Positions 1 to 13,258 of a stretch of DNA of 64,000 nt are shown piece after piece. A program made the translations under genes and the position numbers. This DNA comes from Octopus sinensis (lineage: Eukaryota), in assembly GCF_006345805.1 (NCBI RefSeq), contig NC_043023.1:11966001-12030000 (forward strand). The letters run 5' to 3'. The notes under the pieces were generated by a model. It had not been told where the DNA came from. It saw nothing but the letters and a program-made list of their open reading frames with translations, and did no database searches. The stretch's first letter is position 1, and each line of letters begins with the position of its first letter.

Positions 1-244
1 GGTCGATAAATTAAGTACCAGTTACGCACTGCGGTCGATGTAATCGATTTAATACCTATGTCTGTCCCCTCTATGTTTAGCACCTTGTGGGTAATAAAGA
101 AATAGGTCAAAACTATTGAAAAGGTTGCAAGACGAAACGAAAATTTTAGGGAAACAAAAATAAGAAATAAGTGGAAATTTTATCCGTGAGTATGTTAAAT
201 AATAAGGCACTAAAAGAGAATGACTCTCCCCAGACACAACAGAA

Positions 245-800
245 TTAATTAATGTGGTAGTCTTAAACCGTTCTCCTCACCTTTTACTAATCAATAATGA
301 CACATTACTTTCATTTTACCAATTAATTTCCTTTATATCACATGTAAAAGTCGATCGTAGGTTTCCATAAACAACAGATCATCATTTCAGTTTGGAAGTT
401 ATTAATTAAGACGAGCAAATTATATTTTCCTAATTGTTGTCAGGTTCCCGCTTCGAAAAATAATTACTGTAACATCGAGAGAGTTACATAATTCTATTCT
501 TTACATTATCATTATTAGCATTATTATCACTGTTACAGCCTTAAAGTAAATCTTTATCAACTTACCGTATTCAGACATAAACAGCGAGTCAACGATCAGT
601 AATTAAGCACCTTAATTAATAATTTAATTGGTGGCGGCAAAGTGGAGTTGAAGTTATTTCCCTTTGTAAAGTTGTATTCCTTCAATTCTCCAATAGATGG
701 CTCTACTGACTGGTTGGTTTCGTTCCGGTTTTTTCTTAATCCCAATTTTCATCAGATTATTTTAATAAAATGTACTCATATATTCTGCTATAAAACTCTA
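245..800 (-). promoter_or_regulatory. Conserved ZNF promoter/exon 1/intron-start cassette for a gene left of the window
   Basis: Homologous to eight other cassettes; donor ACTTAC (rc GTAAGT) at 560-565; CCAATAGATGGCTC at 690-703. Confidence 0.65.
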
Positions 801-808
801 CTAGGTAC

Positions 809-1424
809 GGATCTTTTCGGTTTGAACGGCAGTTTTTTTAATTAAGTGTTTAGTTACTCTTTACTCTTTTACTTGTTTCAGTCATTTGACTGCGGCCATG
901 CTGGAGCACCGCCTTTAGTCGAGCAAATCGACCCCAGTACTTATTTTTTGTAAGCCTAGTATTTATTCTATCGGTCCATTTTGCCGAACCGCTAAGTAAC
1001 GGGGACATAAACACACCAGCATCAGTTGTTAAGCAATGCTACAGGGTCAAACACACACACACACACACGTATATATACGACGGGCTTCTTTCAGTTTCCG
1101 TCTACAAAATCCACTCAGAAAGCTTTGGTCGGCCCGAGGCTATAGTAGCCGACACTTTCTTAAGGTGTCACACAGTGGGACTGAACCCGGAACCATGTGG
1201 TTGGTTAGCAAGCTACTTTATTTCATGAAAGATTCGTCATTAAGGCGTTACATAGAGGGGACATACAAATACAGACAAACATAGGGTGTAGTAGCTTAAC
1301 ACGTTTTGCTATTTACAATGAAATATATATAATATTTACAATATAAAAGCTACTTACCACACAGCCACTCCTGCGCCTACGTGGAAATTGTTTTAAAAAA
1401 CTGCCGTTCAAACCGAAAACATCC
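809..1424. mobile_element. GGATCTTTTC-TIR MITE remnant with nested SINE
   Basis: TIR GGATCTTTTCGGTTTGAACGGCAG at 809; inverted copy ends at 1424. Confidence 0.7.
855..1380 (-). mobile_element. tRNA-derived SINE with CORE-like segment; other copies ~8337-8740(+), 18832-19210(+), 29430-29775(-), 39895-40170(+), 60445-60812(-)
   Basis: Multi-copy; A/B-box-like head GTGGCTGTGTGGTAAG...GGTTCAGTCCC; CCTTGGGCAAGT segment in intact copies. Confidence 0.8.
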
Positions 1425-1499
1425 ATCCACTACAGTAGACCAACTAGGAATGTGAATGAACATCACACCCAACGAAATGGGTGATTATGAGCGGAATAG

Positions 1500-1786
1500 A
1501 GAAGCGGTATTAATTAGATCGGGACCAATGGAAAGGAGGGACAATAATTGGAAAAGAGAGGAAATGCTGTGGGGGAGAGAACCGGAAGAGCGACGGCATG
1601 ACGTCACGTCCCGATGCCACACCCACAAGACGGATTATTTCTTAAGGTATTTGCGGTGAAGTCATGAACTGGAAACAGTCGTAGGATAGAATATGTGAGT
1701 AGACTTTGTTATAATAATCTGGTGGAAATTTGGAAGTGAAGTTGTTGACTGAATGCGACGAAGAAAAAGACCGGAACGAATCCAAC
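1500..1786 (+). promoter_or_regulatory. Upstream half of promoter cassette (Ets-like CCGGAAG, CRE TGACGTCA), truncated by a MITE
   Basis: Aligns to 15200-15445 and rc of 40620-40880; ends abruptly at the TIR at 1787. Confidence 0.6.
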
Positions 1787-2199
1787 GGATCTTTTCTGTT
1801 TGAACGGCAGTTTTTTCTAGCGGTGTCATATGAAATTGTCACCCATAATTATGACCCTGGTATCGATCTATTGCATTTCAATCTGTTTTAGGGTTAGAGT
1901 TAGGGGTGGGGGAAGGGTATCTTTGTTTCTTCAGAAATGTTAATAAACCCAATCTGTTTCTTAAACGAGAAACATTCATACGGCACAGAACGTTTTCACC
2001 TCAATAGACGTCAGTGATTGGTTGAAATTGCAAAAATTGAAGAAAAAAACAACAAATATCTTACAAAGTATAGAATTTTTTTCAATAAAGCCAAGAGAAA
2101 AAGATGTTTTATAAACAAATTCTACCAGTATACGAAGTTTAAAAGTGTTGTTACGTGGAAATTATTTATAAAAAACTGCCGGTCAAACCGAAAAGATCC
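1787..2199. mobile_element. Full-length ~410 bp GGATCTTTTC-TIR MITE
   Basis: ~30 bp TIRs at both ends; homologous to 14720-15134 and 39033-39437. Confidence 0.8.
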
Positions 2200-3645
2200 C
2201 ACATTTATAAGGGTTAGGGGGAAGGGTATCCTGCCACCGTCTTGTAAACCTCGATAGCCTTACCCACTTCATGTAGGCATGCTGCTGTGGTAACGCTGAT
2301 AGTGATATCATCTGTGCAAGCCAAAATAAACTCCTCTAAACCTGGTTCTCTTGGGATGTCACTCAACTTTCACAGTAGGGGGTCAAGAGATCCTCAGAAA
2401 GAATGGGAAAGTGTTTCATGTTTCAAGCATACACTTTTCAAGAGAAAGGGGTGAGAGGAAACCACAGGGAGAGAGAGAGTGAGAAATAAAGGGGCCAGAT
2501 TATTGGTTCACATGTTGGAATGATATATATGCATAAATTAATTGTAAAGATTCAGCAATTGTGAGGTAAGTGCCCTACCAACTAAGCCACCCCACTTCAC
2601 ATGTGAAGCAAGGAAAACAAAGAAAAGAAGGAAAAAAGAGAGAAAGGTAGAAATGATTCCACTATATACATCATCATCATCATCCTCGTTGTTTAATGTC
2701 TGGTTTCAATGCTGGGATAGGTCGGACGGTTTGAGTGAAGGCTGGCAGATCAGGAGGCTGCACCAGGTTGCAAAATGATCTGGTAATGTTTCTACATCTG
2801 GATGCCCTTCCAAACGCCAACCACTCCAAGAGTGTACTGTGTGTGTTTTACGTGACACTGGCTTGGGGCCAGTCAGGCAGTAAACCTTTCCATGCCTCAA
2901 TGGATTCTGACCACTAGAAACATGGACATTAAATGAATGACAAAGCCGATGTTGTAATATTTGCAATGTTGTGCAAAATGCTTAGCAGTATTTCGTCCAT
3001 CGTTATGTTCTGAGTTCAGATTCTGCCAAGGTCGACTTTGTGTTTCATCCTTTCAGGGTCAATAAATTGAGTACCATTTATATACTGGGGTCGATCTAAT
3101 TGCCTGGCCCCTCCCCACAAATTCTGGACCTTGTGCCTAGAGTAGAAATGAATATTTCCAATGTTGAATCACTGTATCTTTTGACTATCCTCTTTATCTC
3201 ACTGACTCTTTTTTTCTGTTTCAGAATATCACATCCTGTTGACATAAAAGAAATTACTTCATTCAAATGTGCCTTTGATATTTTTATCAACTTTAATTGA
3301 CTAAAGGAAGACGATATATTTATAAGGAGCATTCATCAATACATCTACGTTTTTATATAAAGAAAGTCTATGACAAAATATTGGGAAATATTTCTTCTGG
3401 ACGATGGAATTAACAGCAATAATTTGAAGTCTTTGCTGTCTGGAATGTAGAGGAGATGATTGCTTTACAGGTTAATCAAGCTTGGATAACTTTGCAAAGG
3501 TGTAGACAATTGTCACCTCTTGACTTAGATATTAAGCAAGATCTCAGCTGAAAGAAACGGCATTAAATTATTCCCTAAAAATAGTGACAAAACTGAACAC
3601 AAACGTTCTCATAGAAATGAAATAAACACTATCAATGTGATATTT

Positions 3646-4635
3646 ATGACAAATTATCCTCTCATGATGAATCCTTTAACTGAAGCAAACAACTCTGATA
3701 CAGGTGAGAAACCATATCACTCTAATACCTGCAGTAAATCATTCTCTGATAGTGGTGTCTCGACTATACATGAACGTACACATACAAGGAAGAAGCCATA
3801 TCATTGCGATATCTGTGGTAAATCTTCCTCCCGTAGTACTTACTTAACTCAGCATATCTGTATACATACAGGAGAGAAGCCCTATCATTGTGATATCTGT
3901 GGTAAATCATTCACTCAAAGTAGGTACTTAACTGACCACAAACGTACACATACAGGAGAAAAGTCATATCATTGCGATATCTGTGGTAAATCATTCTCTG
4001 ACAGTAGTAAGTTAACTGACCACAAACGTGTTCATACAGGGGAGACGCCATTCCATTGCGATATCTGTGGTAAATCATTCTCTCAAAGTGGTGACTTGAT
4101 TGTACACAAACGTACACATACAGGTGAGAAGCCATACCATTGTGATATCTGTGGTAAATCATTCTCTCAAAGGACTAACTTGACTGCACACAAGCGTACA
4201 CATATGGGAGAGAAACCCTATCATTGTGACTTCTGTGGTAAATCGTTCTCTCAAAGTAGTATTTTAAGTGACCACAAACATACACGTACAGGTGAGAAGC
4301 CATACCATTGTGATATCTGTGGTAAATCATTCTCTCAAAGTAGTTGCGTAACTGACCACAAACGTACACATACAGGTGAGAAACCACACCATTGTGATAC
4401 CTGTGGTAAATCATTCTCTTTTTGTAGTGAATTGACTAAACACAAATATACACATACAGGCGAGGAGCCATATCCTTGTGATATCTGTGGTAAATCATAC
4501 TTTAGAAATAGTCAGTTGACTATTCACAAACGTGTTCATACAGGAGAGAAGCCATATCATTGTGACATCTGTGGTGAATCATTCCCTCAAAAAGGTCACT
4601 TAAGTAGACATTTGAATATTCATACACAAGCGTAA
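3646..4635 (+). CDS. C2H2 zinc-finger protein, 11 fingers (2 degenerate)
   Basis: Repeated CxxC-x12-HxxxH with TGEKP linkers; first ATG 3646; acceptor TTTCAG ends at 3224. Confidence 0.88.
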   Translation: MTNYPLMMNPLTEANNSDTGEKPYHSNTCSKSFSDSGVSTIHERTHTRKKPYHCDICGKSSSRSTYLTQHICIHTGEKPYHCDICGKSFTQSRYLTDHKRTHTGEKSYHCDICGKSFSDSSKLTDHKRVHTGETPFHCDICGKSFSQSGDLIVHKRTHTGEKPYHCDICGKSFSQRTNLTAHKRTHMGEKPYHCDFCGKSFSQSSILSDHKHTRTGEKPYHCDICGKSFSQSSCVTDHKRTHTGEKPHHCDTCGKSFSFCSELTKHKYTHTGEEPYPCDICGKSYFRNSQLTIHKRVHTGEKPYHCDICGESFPQKGHLSRHLNIHTQA

Positions 4636-5309
4636 AAATATCAATATAAAAATTTATTACAACATATCAACAATTATGAGTTTTTTGTCTTCTACCAGAC
4701 AAGGTTTATTTCACTTCAAGCTTGATGTATTCAACTTCATTTTCATGAATATCAACTTCAGTATCATGGATATATCTAAATATATCAACACAGTGAGAAC
4801 TTTGATGTTTGAAGAGGATTGTGCTGGAGTTTTTGAGGAATTTGTTAGGAGAGAATAATGAATAAAAGATTTAAGTGACATTGATTTGGTCTTTGTTGTG
4901 TTTTCATCATCATCATCATCCTTTAACCTTAGTGCGCCTACCTCGTTTAAATAGTTAAACATCAATGTAGAGCTGTGGATAACCCACCTATTTACCCACA
5001 GCATACACTGACATATATATACTTACTAAATTATATACGGATTTATCATTCAAGTTATTCATACACCCACAAGTAACTGTCATCGCATTCATAAAGGACT
5101 ACACTCACTGCACATATTCCACTGTTGACTGTAGACTCCAGATGCAAATGAACCGAAAGAAAGTTCTGAGTAAGGTGAAGAGTAATTAATAACACGGATG
5201 GGCTGTGGTTCACTACAGCTGTTTCAAACACGTTCTTTACTGATGAACAAAAGTGCTACATCCTGCAAGACAACCATTTCAATCAGGTGAATAAAGGTAA
5301 GAATTAGCA

Positions 5310-5460
5310 ATTAGAACTTTTCTACAATGCTCTTTCATCTACTTCGTTGATTTGCAAGGCCCTTCTTTCAAAATTCACTTGTCTCTGTGACAAGAAATTC
5401 CTCTTCAATACTGTTCTGACCTCGTCTACAAAATTCATATTTTTCTTGTCCAAATGATTT
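5310..5460 (-). mobile_element. Degenerate mariner transposase 3' fragment
   Basis: Similar to the 3' part of the mariner relic at 12935-13030. Confidence 0.45.
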
Positions 5461-5578
5461 TGAAGACTTTGAAATAAATGATAAGCAGATGGGGAAATGT
5501 CTGATGAATATAGCGGCTGGGGCTGAGTCGATTACATCGATCTCGTGTGACATTGCAGAGCTTGGATGTTTGCAGGTT

Positions 5579-5830
5579 TCATAAAAGTATCACTGGTGCA
5601 CCAACCTTGAGGTGCAAGTTGTGAGATGGGAGACCTGTTGGTGCCAGGCTATTCAAAAATTCAGTAGGATATTTCACAACTTCATCGGATATGAGAACAA
5701 AGTTAATCGACTTGTGACTGCAACAGTCACCAGGCAAATGATCCAGGGGTTTGATGTTCAAATCATCCACTGCCACATTCTTTAACGCTAAAATGGTACG
5801 TGTTCTCAGACTGGTTTGGTCTTTAAATTG
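5579..5830 (-). mobile_element. Helitron PIF1-like helicase fragment
   Basis: YPTEFLNSLAPTGLPSHNLHLKVGAPVILL is a typical Helitron/PIF1 helicase motif. Confidence 0.8.
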
Positions 5831-6734
5831 AATCCCTGTAGACATTAGTTCCTGTATGTCTGATACAAAGTGTTGAAAAAGACAAACTAACCTGACTCCC
5901 CTTTCCACCTACCAGAGTGTAGTGGTAAAGTGTGTATGTAAACAGATTTATGATTGAAAAGCATTTATTTACAGTGTTGGTTTAGTGATTGGTCACTACA
6001 TACAAAATGCAGGCAACTGCTATGAGTTGCTTGAACAGAGTACATATTAGGAATGAATATGTTTGTGTGTGTGTTTCATTCGAAACAGTACTCTATCGGC
6101 GCTTTGAGCATTTCTCTCTGTCTCTGTCGTCTGCCAAAAACCTTGAGTCATAGATAAATCTATCTCGTGTGTCTGCTGCCTTTCCTGTTTCACTTGGTTT
6201 TATAATATTTGTGGCAGCTAGAAAGACAGACATACTACAGCAGAGTTAGTACCTAAAAAGGTCATCGCTTGTCCAGTTGAACTTCGCCTGACGTGGCTGA
6301 GGTTGCAGGTCAAAGGGAGATGATCAATCACTTTTTGACAGAACAAAGGAAACCTTTTTTCGCGCCTGTTGATCGCCGTGGTTTGGATGACCGAGAATTC
6401 TTGGATTTGGTTTCGAATCTAGGCTTAGAGAAGGAAGTGTTAATTCTTACATGAGTGCCATTACCAGCTTCCGACAGAAAGTTCTAGCTTCATTATCACC
6501 ACTGAGCTGACCCATGCTACTTTCCTCCAAATAGGAAAGATTTGGCTGCTATTTCAAGTATGCCCTGCTACCATGTAACAACTATTTGTGATAATGGTGG
6601 GTCCTTTATAGCAAATAGCTGTTATGTTGTATCAGGGCGTGTGAGAAATAGTTGCCAAGTCTTTCCTTTTCGGGGGAAAGGAGCCGTTTATGCGTTATTT
6701 CGATGTGTTAAGTGATATATAAAAACTAAAGAAC

Positions 6735-7085
6735 ATCATCATCATCATCGTTTAGCGTCCGCTTTCCATGCTGGCATGGGTTGGACGGTTCAACTGGGGT
6801 CTGGGAAGCCAGAAGGCTGCACCAGGCCCAGTCTGATCTGGCAGTGTTTCTATGGCTGGATGCCTTTCCTAATGCCAACCACTCCGTGAGTGTAGTGGGT
6901 GCTTTTTACGTGCCAGACGAGGCTTGCAAATGGCCACGATCGGATGGTGCTTTTTACGTGCCACCGGCATGAGGCCAGTCGGATGGTTCTCTTACATACC
7001 ACCGGCACTGGTATCACAGCTGCAATTTCCATTGATGTTGATCGATTTCGATTTTCACTTGCCTCAACAGGTCTTCACATGTAGA
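6735..7085 (-). mobile_element. RTE LINE 3' UTR fragment with (GAT)n tail; related pieces ~2670-2860(-), 8175-8325(+), 9230-9560(+), 47040-47200(-)
   Basis: Matches the 3' UTR that follows the RTE ORF end at 30623-30949. Confidence 0.75.
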
Positions 7086-7314
7086 GCTTTGTGAAGTTTT
7101 TAAATTCTCTCTTCCCTTTAGCAAACACATTCTCTCTCCTTCTCTTTGTTTGTCTCCCACAACCCGTCTCTCTGTCTCTTCCTGTCTCTGTCTCTTCCCT
7201 GATACGGGGGGGTTTAAAGCTTAATCAATTTTTTCCTAATCAGAAAACAGGATTTGGAAGCTGACATTTTCTGCATGATAGCTATCACAAAATGAAAGTG
7301 AAATTATTCTGCAG

Positions 7315-7695
7315 AGCGCCACCATGACTGGCCTCCATGCTGGTGGCACGTAAAATGCACCATCCGATTGTGGCCGTTGCCAGCCTTGACTGGCCCCCGT
7401 GCCGGTGGCACGTAAAATGCACCATCCGATTTTGGCTGTTGCCAGCCTCGTCTGGCCTCCGTGCCGGTGGCACATAAAAAGCACCATCCAATCATGGCCG
7501 TTTGCCAGTCTCGTCTGGCACCTGTGCAGGTGGCACGTAAAAAGCACCCACTACCCTCACGGAGTGGTTGGCGTTAAGAAGAGCATCCAGTTGTAGAAAC
7601 ACTGCCAGATCAGATTGGGGCCTGGTACAGCCTTCTGGCTTCCCAGACCCCAGTTGAACCGTCCAACCCGGATGTTAAACTATGATGATGATGAC
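7315..7695 (+). mobile_element. RTE LINE 3' UTR fragment with internal GGTGGCACGTAAAA repeats
   Basis: Homologous to 31130-31450. Confidence 0.75.
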
Positions 7696-7977
7696 TTACT
7701 ATGCCTCAACATATCCCTCCGTGGCTACTCATATATGGAAGAAAAGGAAAGACATTGTCTATAGTGTTATTGTTTCAGTTCCTTGTCTCTCTGTCTCTTC
7801 CTGTTTTCTCCCCTTCCCCGATATCAACCAACCCTCATTATGTCACCACATTTCCTCTAGTAGGTTCTCAACCCAACACTTTGTGCACCCTTCTCATTTT
7901 ATTGTATAACAGTTCAAACCCTGTAGGGGGCCCATTATCGATATTTTATTGATATCCAATTAGCATATAATTGAACT

Positions 7978-8172
7978 GGTTATATAAATATATATATATG
8001 TCTATAAATAGACATATGTCTATATATATGATTATAAATATATATATGTCTATAAATATATATATATATGTCTATAAATATATATATGTCTATAAATGTA
8101 TATATATATATATATATATGTCTATATATACATATATATATATATATATATCTATAAATATATATATATATG
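7978..8172. repeat. (TA)n-rich microsatellite with TGTCTATAAA units
   Basis: Directly visible. Confidence 0.9.
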
Positions 8173-9797
8173 TCTGGCGTTAGGAAGGGCATCCAGCCGT
8201 AGAAACACTGCCAGATTTGACTGGGCCTGATGAAGCCTTCTGGCTTCACAGACCCCAGTAGAACCGTCCAACCCATGCTAGCATGGAAAACGGACGCTAA
8301 ATGATGATGATGATGATGATGATGATATATATATATAGGCACAGGAGTGGCTGTATGGCAAGTAGCTTGTTTACCAACCACATGGTTCTGGGTTCAGTCC
8401 CACTGCGTGGCACCTTGGGCAAGTGTCTTCTACTATAGCCTCGGGCCGACCAAAGCCTTGTGAGTTGATTTGGTAGACAGAAACTGAAAGAAGCTCGTCG
8501 TATATATGTATATATATATATGTGCGTGTGTGTTTGTGTGTCTGTGTTTGTCCCCCTAGCATTGCTTGACAACCAATGCTGGTGTGGTTATGTCCCCGTC
8601 ACTTAGCGGTTCGGCAAAAGAGACCGATAGAATAAGTACTGGGCTTACAAAGAATAAGTCCCGGAGTCGAGTTGCTCGATTAAAGGTGGTGCTCCAGCAT
8701 GGCCACAGTCAAATGACTGAAACAAATAAAAGAGTAAAGAGTATATATATATGTATATATATATATATATATATCTATATATATGTTTCTCTCTCTCTAC
8801 ATATATATATATATATAGTTTAAAGAAAACCGAGAATGTAGATAGAATAGTGCAGTGGCATCCTAGAAAAAAGCTTTCCACCTCACATCTGTATGAAAAC
8901 TGTTGTTTTGTCAATGATGTCCTTTGCGCATTCCTTTTCAGGTGGTATTGGAATAACTATCGTTGATATACCTCTGTTTATGGTCTTTATTTTAGAATGG
9001 ACATGTACAATGCCAGTGTTATGGGTCTGTATTGAAAGGAAATTTGTTTTCAATATGCTATGACTTCGAAGACCCGACAAATCTGACAACCTTGGATCAT
9101 AGAGTGACCCACTGTTCTTGAGGATTCGAAGACCCGACAAATGAAGTGAGTTCATAGCCCGCAGGACGGCCTGTTGTGCTAACCTTGGATCGTAGAGTGA
9201 CCCGCTGTTCTTTAGACTTGTTGAGTCAATTACGTCAATGTCAAAATAAAAGTTCAAATGGAGATTGTAGTTAAGACACCCATGCTGGTGACACGTAAAA
9301 AGCACCGTCCGAACGTGGCAGATACTAGCGTCGCCTGACTGGTGTCCGTGTCGGTGACATGTAAAAGCACCAACCGATCGTGGCACGTAAAAGACACCCA
9401 CTACAGTTGCGGAGTGGTTGGCGTTAGGAAGGGCATCCAGCTGTAGAAACACTGCCAAATCAGACTAGAGCCAGGTGCAGCCTCCATGGCTTACCAGACC
9501 CCGGTCGAACCGTCCAACTCATGCTAGCATGGAAAACGGACGTTAAATGATGATGATGATGAAAACGTAAATGATATGTGTTTATATACAAACACGGGTA
9601 TACATAACACATATTCAGAGAGAAAACACTACACATACATTTGTGATCTGACCCATGTGTACCTTTATAGAAACCTCTCAAATTTTTCTGAGGATATTTA
9701 TAAATTATTCTTATATTTCTTCAGATATGGTATCACAAATGTTGAGAGAAATTTGTTGTTTTATCAATTTGTTCCACAATTTCCATAATAAAGATAT

Positions 9798-9940
9798 CAT
9801 CATCAATTAACGTCCGTTTTCCATGCTAGCATGGGTTGGACGGTTCGACCTGGTTCTGGTAAGCCATGGAGGCTGCACTAGGCTCCAGTCGAACCGTCCA
9901 ACCTATGCTAGCATGGAAAACGGACGTTAATTGATGATGA
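9798..9940. repeat. Snap-back palindrome built from an RTE tail
   Basis: ~50 bp inverted arms CATCATCAATTAACGTCCG...CGGACGTTAATTGATGATG. Confidence 0.8.
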
Positions 9941-10722
9941 TGATGAAAACAATTTTCTTTCTCTAGGGATGTCTTATCAAAGCGAGTTTCATTTTTGCAC
10001 TATTATCAATTGGTGATTGTAGATATATTCACTTGCTTATGTACTAATGCTCTCGGTTTGTTTTATTATTCTAGTACTTTTACCTTCTGGAAGTCCAGCT
10101 GTTTCTATGGAAACTTCATTGTTTTTCATATAGGAGAAATAATACAGGCTCCTCCAAAATGTTTATTCTCAATTTTATGAAAATAATCTTTATCTGGGAC
10201 ATTTGAAAACTCATCTCTGTAAAGTTTAATTTAAAGAAACCATTATTGAAAAGCTAACAATGAATCAGTCTGGTGTGGGGCACTAAACTGTACTTATGTC
10301 TCATGTTCTTCCTTTGTGGTCTCTTCTGTTTTGTATTCGGGGGGGGGGGGAGTCATTGTTTATGTAGATATTGACAACTTTACAATATTCCTGAGTATAA
10401 AATAATTAATAACTTATGTCATTGTATAACATATTTAATGAGTGAAGCATTTAAAATGCAATAAACTATAAATATACTGTAATTACAAGATGCAATATTC
10501 AAGAAAGAATAATGTGTGGGGGCGTCAGGAGGAGGAGATTTGGTATAAGAGGTCCTTACACCATGGAAAGGAAACTGCATGAGTGGTCAAGGATGGAGTG
10601 GGAGGTGAATATTGCAAAAACAAAACAAACAACTGAAATTTTGGGAAATATTTTAATCATAATTTCCATTGCATAAAACACAGGAATATTAAAGAAATAT
10701 AGCAAACAGGAAACTATAGGGA

Positions 10723-12228
10723 CTACCCTTTTCCTTTCACCCCTGTATGAGTATGTTTGTGTCTTGTTAAGTTATTACTTCCAGAAAATAATTTACCACA
10801 AATATCACAACGATATGGCTTCTCCCCTGTATGAATACGTTTGTGTATTTTTAAGGCAATATTCTGAGAGAATGATTTACCACAAATATCACAGTGATAT
10901 GGCTTCTCTCCCGTGTGAGTACGTTTGTGTACAGTTAAGTGAATACTTCGAGGGAATGATTTACCACAAATATCACAATGATATGGCTTTTCACCTGTAT
11001 GAATACGTTTGTGTGTTGTTAAGGCACTATTTTCAGAGAATGATTTACCACAAATATCACAACGATATGGCTTCTCTCCTGTGTGAATACGTTTGTGTGT
11101 TGTTAAGACACTATTGTCAGAGAATGATTTACCACAAATATCACAACGATATGGCTTCTCTCCTGTATGGATACGTTTGTGTTGTGTTAACGAACTGCAG
11201 TTAAAGAATGATTTACCACAAACATCACAGTGATACGACTTCTCCCCAGAATGAATACGTTTGTGTAATGTTAAAGCATAATTTTGAGAGAATGGTTTAC
11301 CACAAATATCACAGTGATACGGCTTCTCTCCTGTATGTGTATGTTTGTGTTGTGCTAGTGAACTACTTACAGAGAATGTATTACCACAAATATCACAACG
11401 ATAGGGTTTCTCTCCTGTGTGAATACGTTTGTGTGCAGTTAAGGTACTATTTTGAGAGAATAATATACCACAGATATCACAACGATATGGCTTCTCTCCC
11501 GTATGAATACATTTGTGTCTTGGTAAGTCACTACTTTTAGAGAATGATTTACCACAAATATCACAGAATGGCTTCTCTCCTGTATGAATACGTTTGTGTT
11601 GTGTGTACCTACTACTAACAGAGAATGATTTACCACAGATATCGCAATGATATGGCTTCTCTCCTGTATGAATACGTTGGTGTGCTGTTAAAGCACTATT
11701 GTCAGAGAATGATTTACCACAGAACCCACAGTGATATGGCTTCTCTCTTTTATGAATACGTTGGTGTCTCTTTAGACAATTATTATAAGAAAATGATTTA
11801 CCACAAATATCACAACTATACGGTTTCTCTCCCGAATGAATACGATTGTGTACAGTCATGTGAATACTTTGAAAGAATGATTTACCACAGATATCACAAC
11901 GATATGGCTTCTCTCCCGTATGAGTACGTTTGTGTACAGATAATTTGAACCTTTCAGAAAATGATTTACCACAGATCTCACAGTAATTTGGCTTCTCTCC
12001 TGTATGAATACGTTGGTGTCTCTTTAAAGCATAATTTTTAGAGAATGATTTACCACAAATATTACAATGATATGGTTTCTCTCCTGTATGAATGCATTTG
12101 TGGGAAATTAGGTTACCTTTGAGAGAGAAGACCTTTTTACAGATGTCACAGTCATAAGACAAATTTTTCTCTTCTTTTATCATTTGTTCAGAGGTAATCA
12201 ATTCTTGAAGTTTCTCACTCTTTTCCAT
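10723..12228 (-). CDS. C2H2 zinc-finger protein, 17 fingers (gene Y; MEKSEK subfamily)
   Basis: Intact ORF; ATG 12228; exon 2 starts 12582; predicted intron 12583-14444. Confidence 0.92.
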   Translation of the reverse strand: MEKSEKLQELITSEQMIKEEKNLSYDCDICKKVFSLKGNLISHKCIHTGEKPYHCNICGKSFSKNYALKRHQRIHTGEKPNYCEICGKSFSERFKLSVHKRTHTGEKPYRCDICGKSFFQSIHMTVHNRIHSGEKPYSCDICGKSFSYNNCLKRHQRIHKREKPYHCGFCGKSFSDNSALTAHQRIHTGEKPYHCDICGKSFSVSSRYTQHKRIHTGEKPFCDICGKSFSKSSDLPRHKCIHTGEKPYRCDICGILFSQNSTLTAHKRIHTGEKPYRCDICGNTFSVSSSLAQHKHTHTGEKPYHCDICGKPFSQNYALTLHKRIHSGEKSYHCDVCGKSFFNCSSLTQHKRIHTGEKPYRCDICGKSFSDNSVLTTHKRIHTGEKPYRCDICGKSFSENSALTTHKRIHTGEKPYHCDICGKSFPRSIHLTVHKRTHTGEKPYHCDICGKSFSQNIALKIHKRIHTGEKPYRCDICGKLFSGSNNLTRHKHTHTGVKGKG

Positions 12229-12859
12229 TATTTTCCTCTCAAATCCCAATTAAAATATTTTTCCTGTTTTATTCTTATACTTAATTCCTTACAAATACTC
12301 CTGCTCCTGTATTTCTGTCCACTGTTACCTTTTACTAGCAGCAATTATATAAATTTATCCAAGTTTCACCAGCACAGAAGCCCCTCTTCTTGATACTCCA
12401 GTCAGTGTTGTTCCAAGTCATGGCTAATAGTATTATTTCAGAGCAAATGTTTCACAGGAATTCTACAACAGATTTCTACAAACAATGTTATACATCTGTT
12501 CTGCATAATATTTTGCTTTAGTCACTAAAAAATGGTAAATATTGAGGATGTTTCTTCTGTTACGTCAATGTCAGTTGATGTTCTGAAATTATAGAGAAAC
12601 AACAGTGTAAGCTTTAGAGGCTATGTAAAAAATACAGATTCGTTTCTGCTGAGATTAATTATAGAAATAAACATTCAACAACAGAATATTTTAATTTAGT
12701 AAAATTTACAACAGAAAATCTTGTGTAAAGCTTACATATCCATACAGTTTACATACACACACAAACATCTATATATACATCTGTGTGTGTATAAGTTTAT
12801 GTCTGTGTATGGGTGTAAATTCGTGTGCTGTGCACGCAGATCTGTTTCTGCCTGTGTCT

Positions 12860-13258
12860 CATAAATAATGCCTCTTTAATTTTTCATAATTAAAATAAAC
12901 AAATTTCTTTTTTAATCTAAAATATACTCTCCTTCATTTTCTACAATGCTCTTCCATCTCTGCAGAAAACGTGCAGAGCACTCTTCCAAAATTCACTTGT
13001 CCGTGATGAAAAATACTCCTTCAGTATTGTTCTCTCAGATGTCGATGAATGGTTGAATGACCAAATCCAAGCATCTCTGACAGTTCTTCAACAGTTAGGA
13101 TGGGATTCTGTTCCACCAGAATTTGTACATTGTCCTCATTGAGCTCTACAGATCTTCCAGGACAAGGCTCGTCTTCTAGCCTGTAGTTTCTGGCTTGCAA
13201 TTTCTGCAACCACTGCTCACACTGGCTTATGCTTAATGTCCAATCCCCATAGACTGTA
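12860..13258 (-). mobile_element. Internally deleted mariner/Tc1 relic
   Basis: LEDEPCPGRSVELNED...TVEELSEMLGFGHSTIHRHL is a mariner HTH region. Confidence 0.8.

Noticed and set aside
1888-1905. Telomere-like TTAGGG units (also 40182-40203)
   Set aside because: Only 2-4 imperfect units inside MITEs; not an interstitial telomere array
8337-8410. tRNA-like A/B boxes
   Set aside because: SINE heads; no full cloverleaf and they continue into SINE body
10764-11948. Antisense ORFs with [20 protein letters not shown] repeats (also opposite other arrays)
   Set aside because: Reverse-frame shadows of the 84-bp finger repeat; no independent evidence of coding
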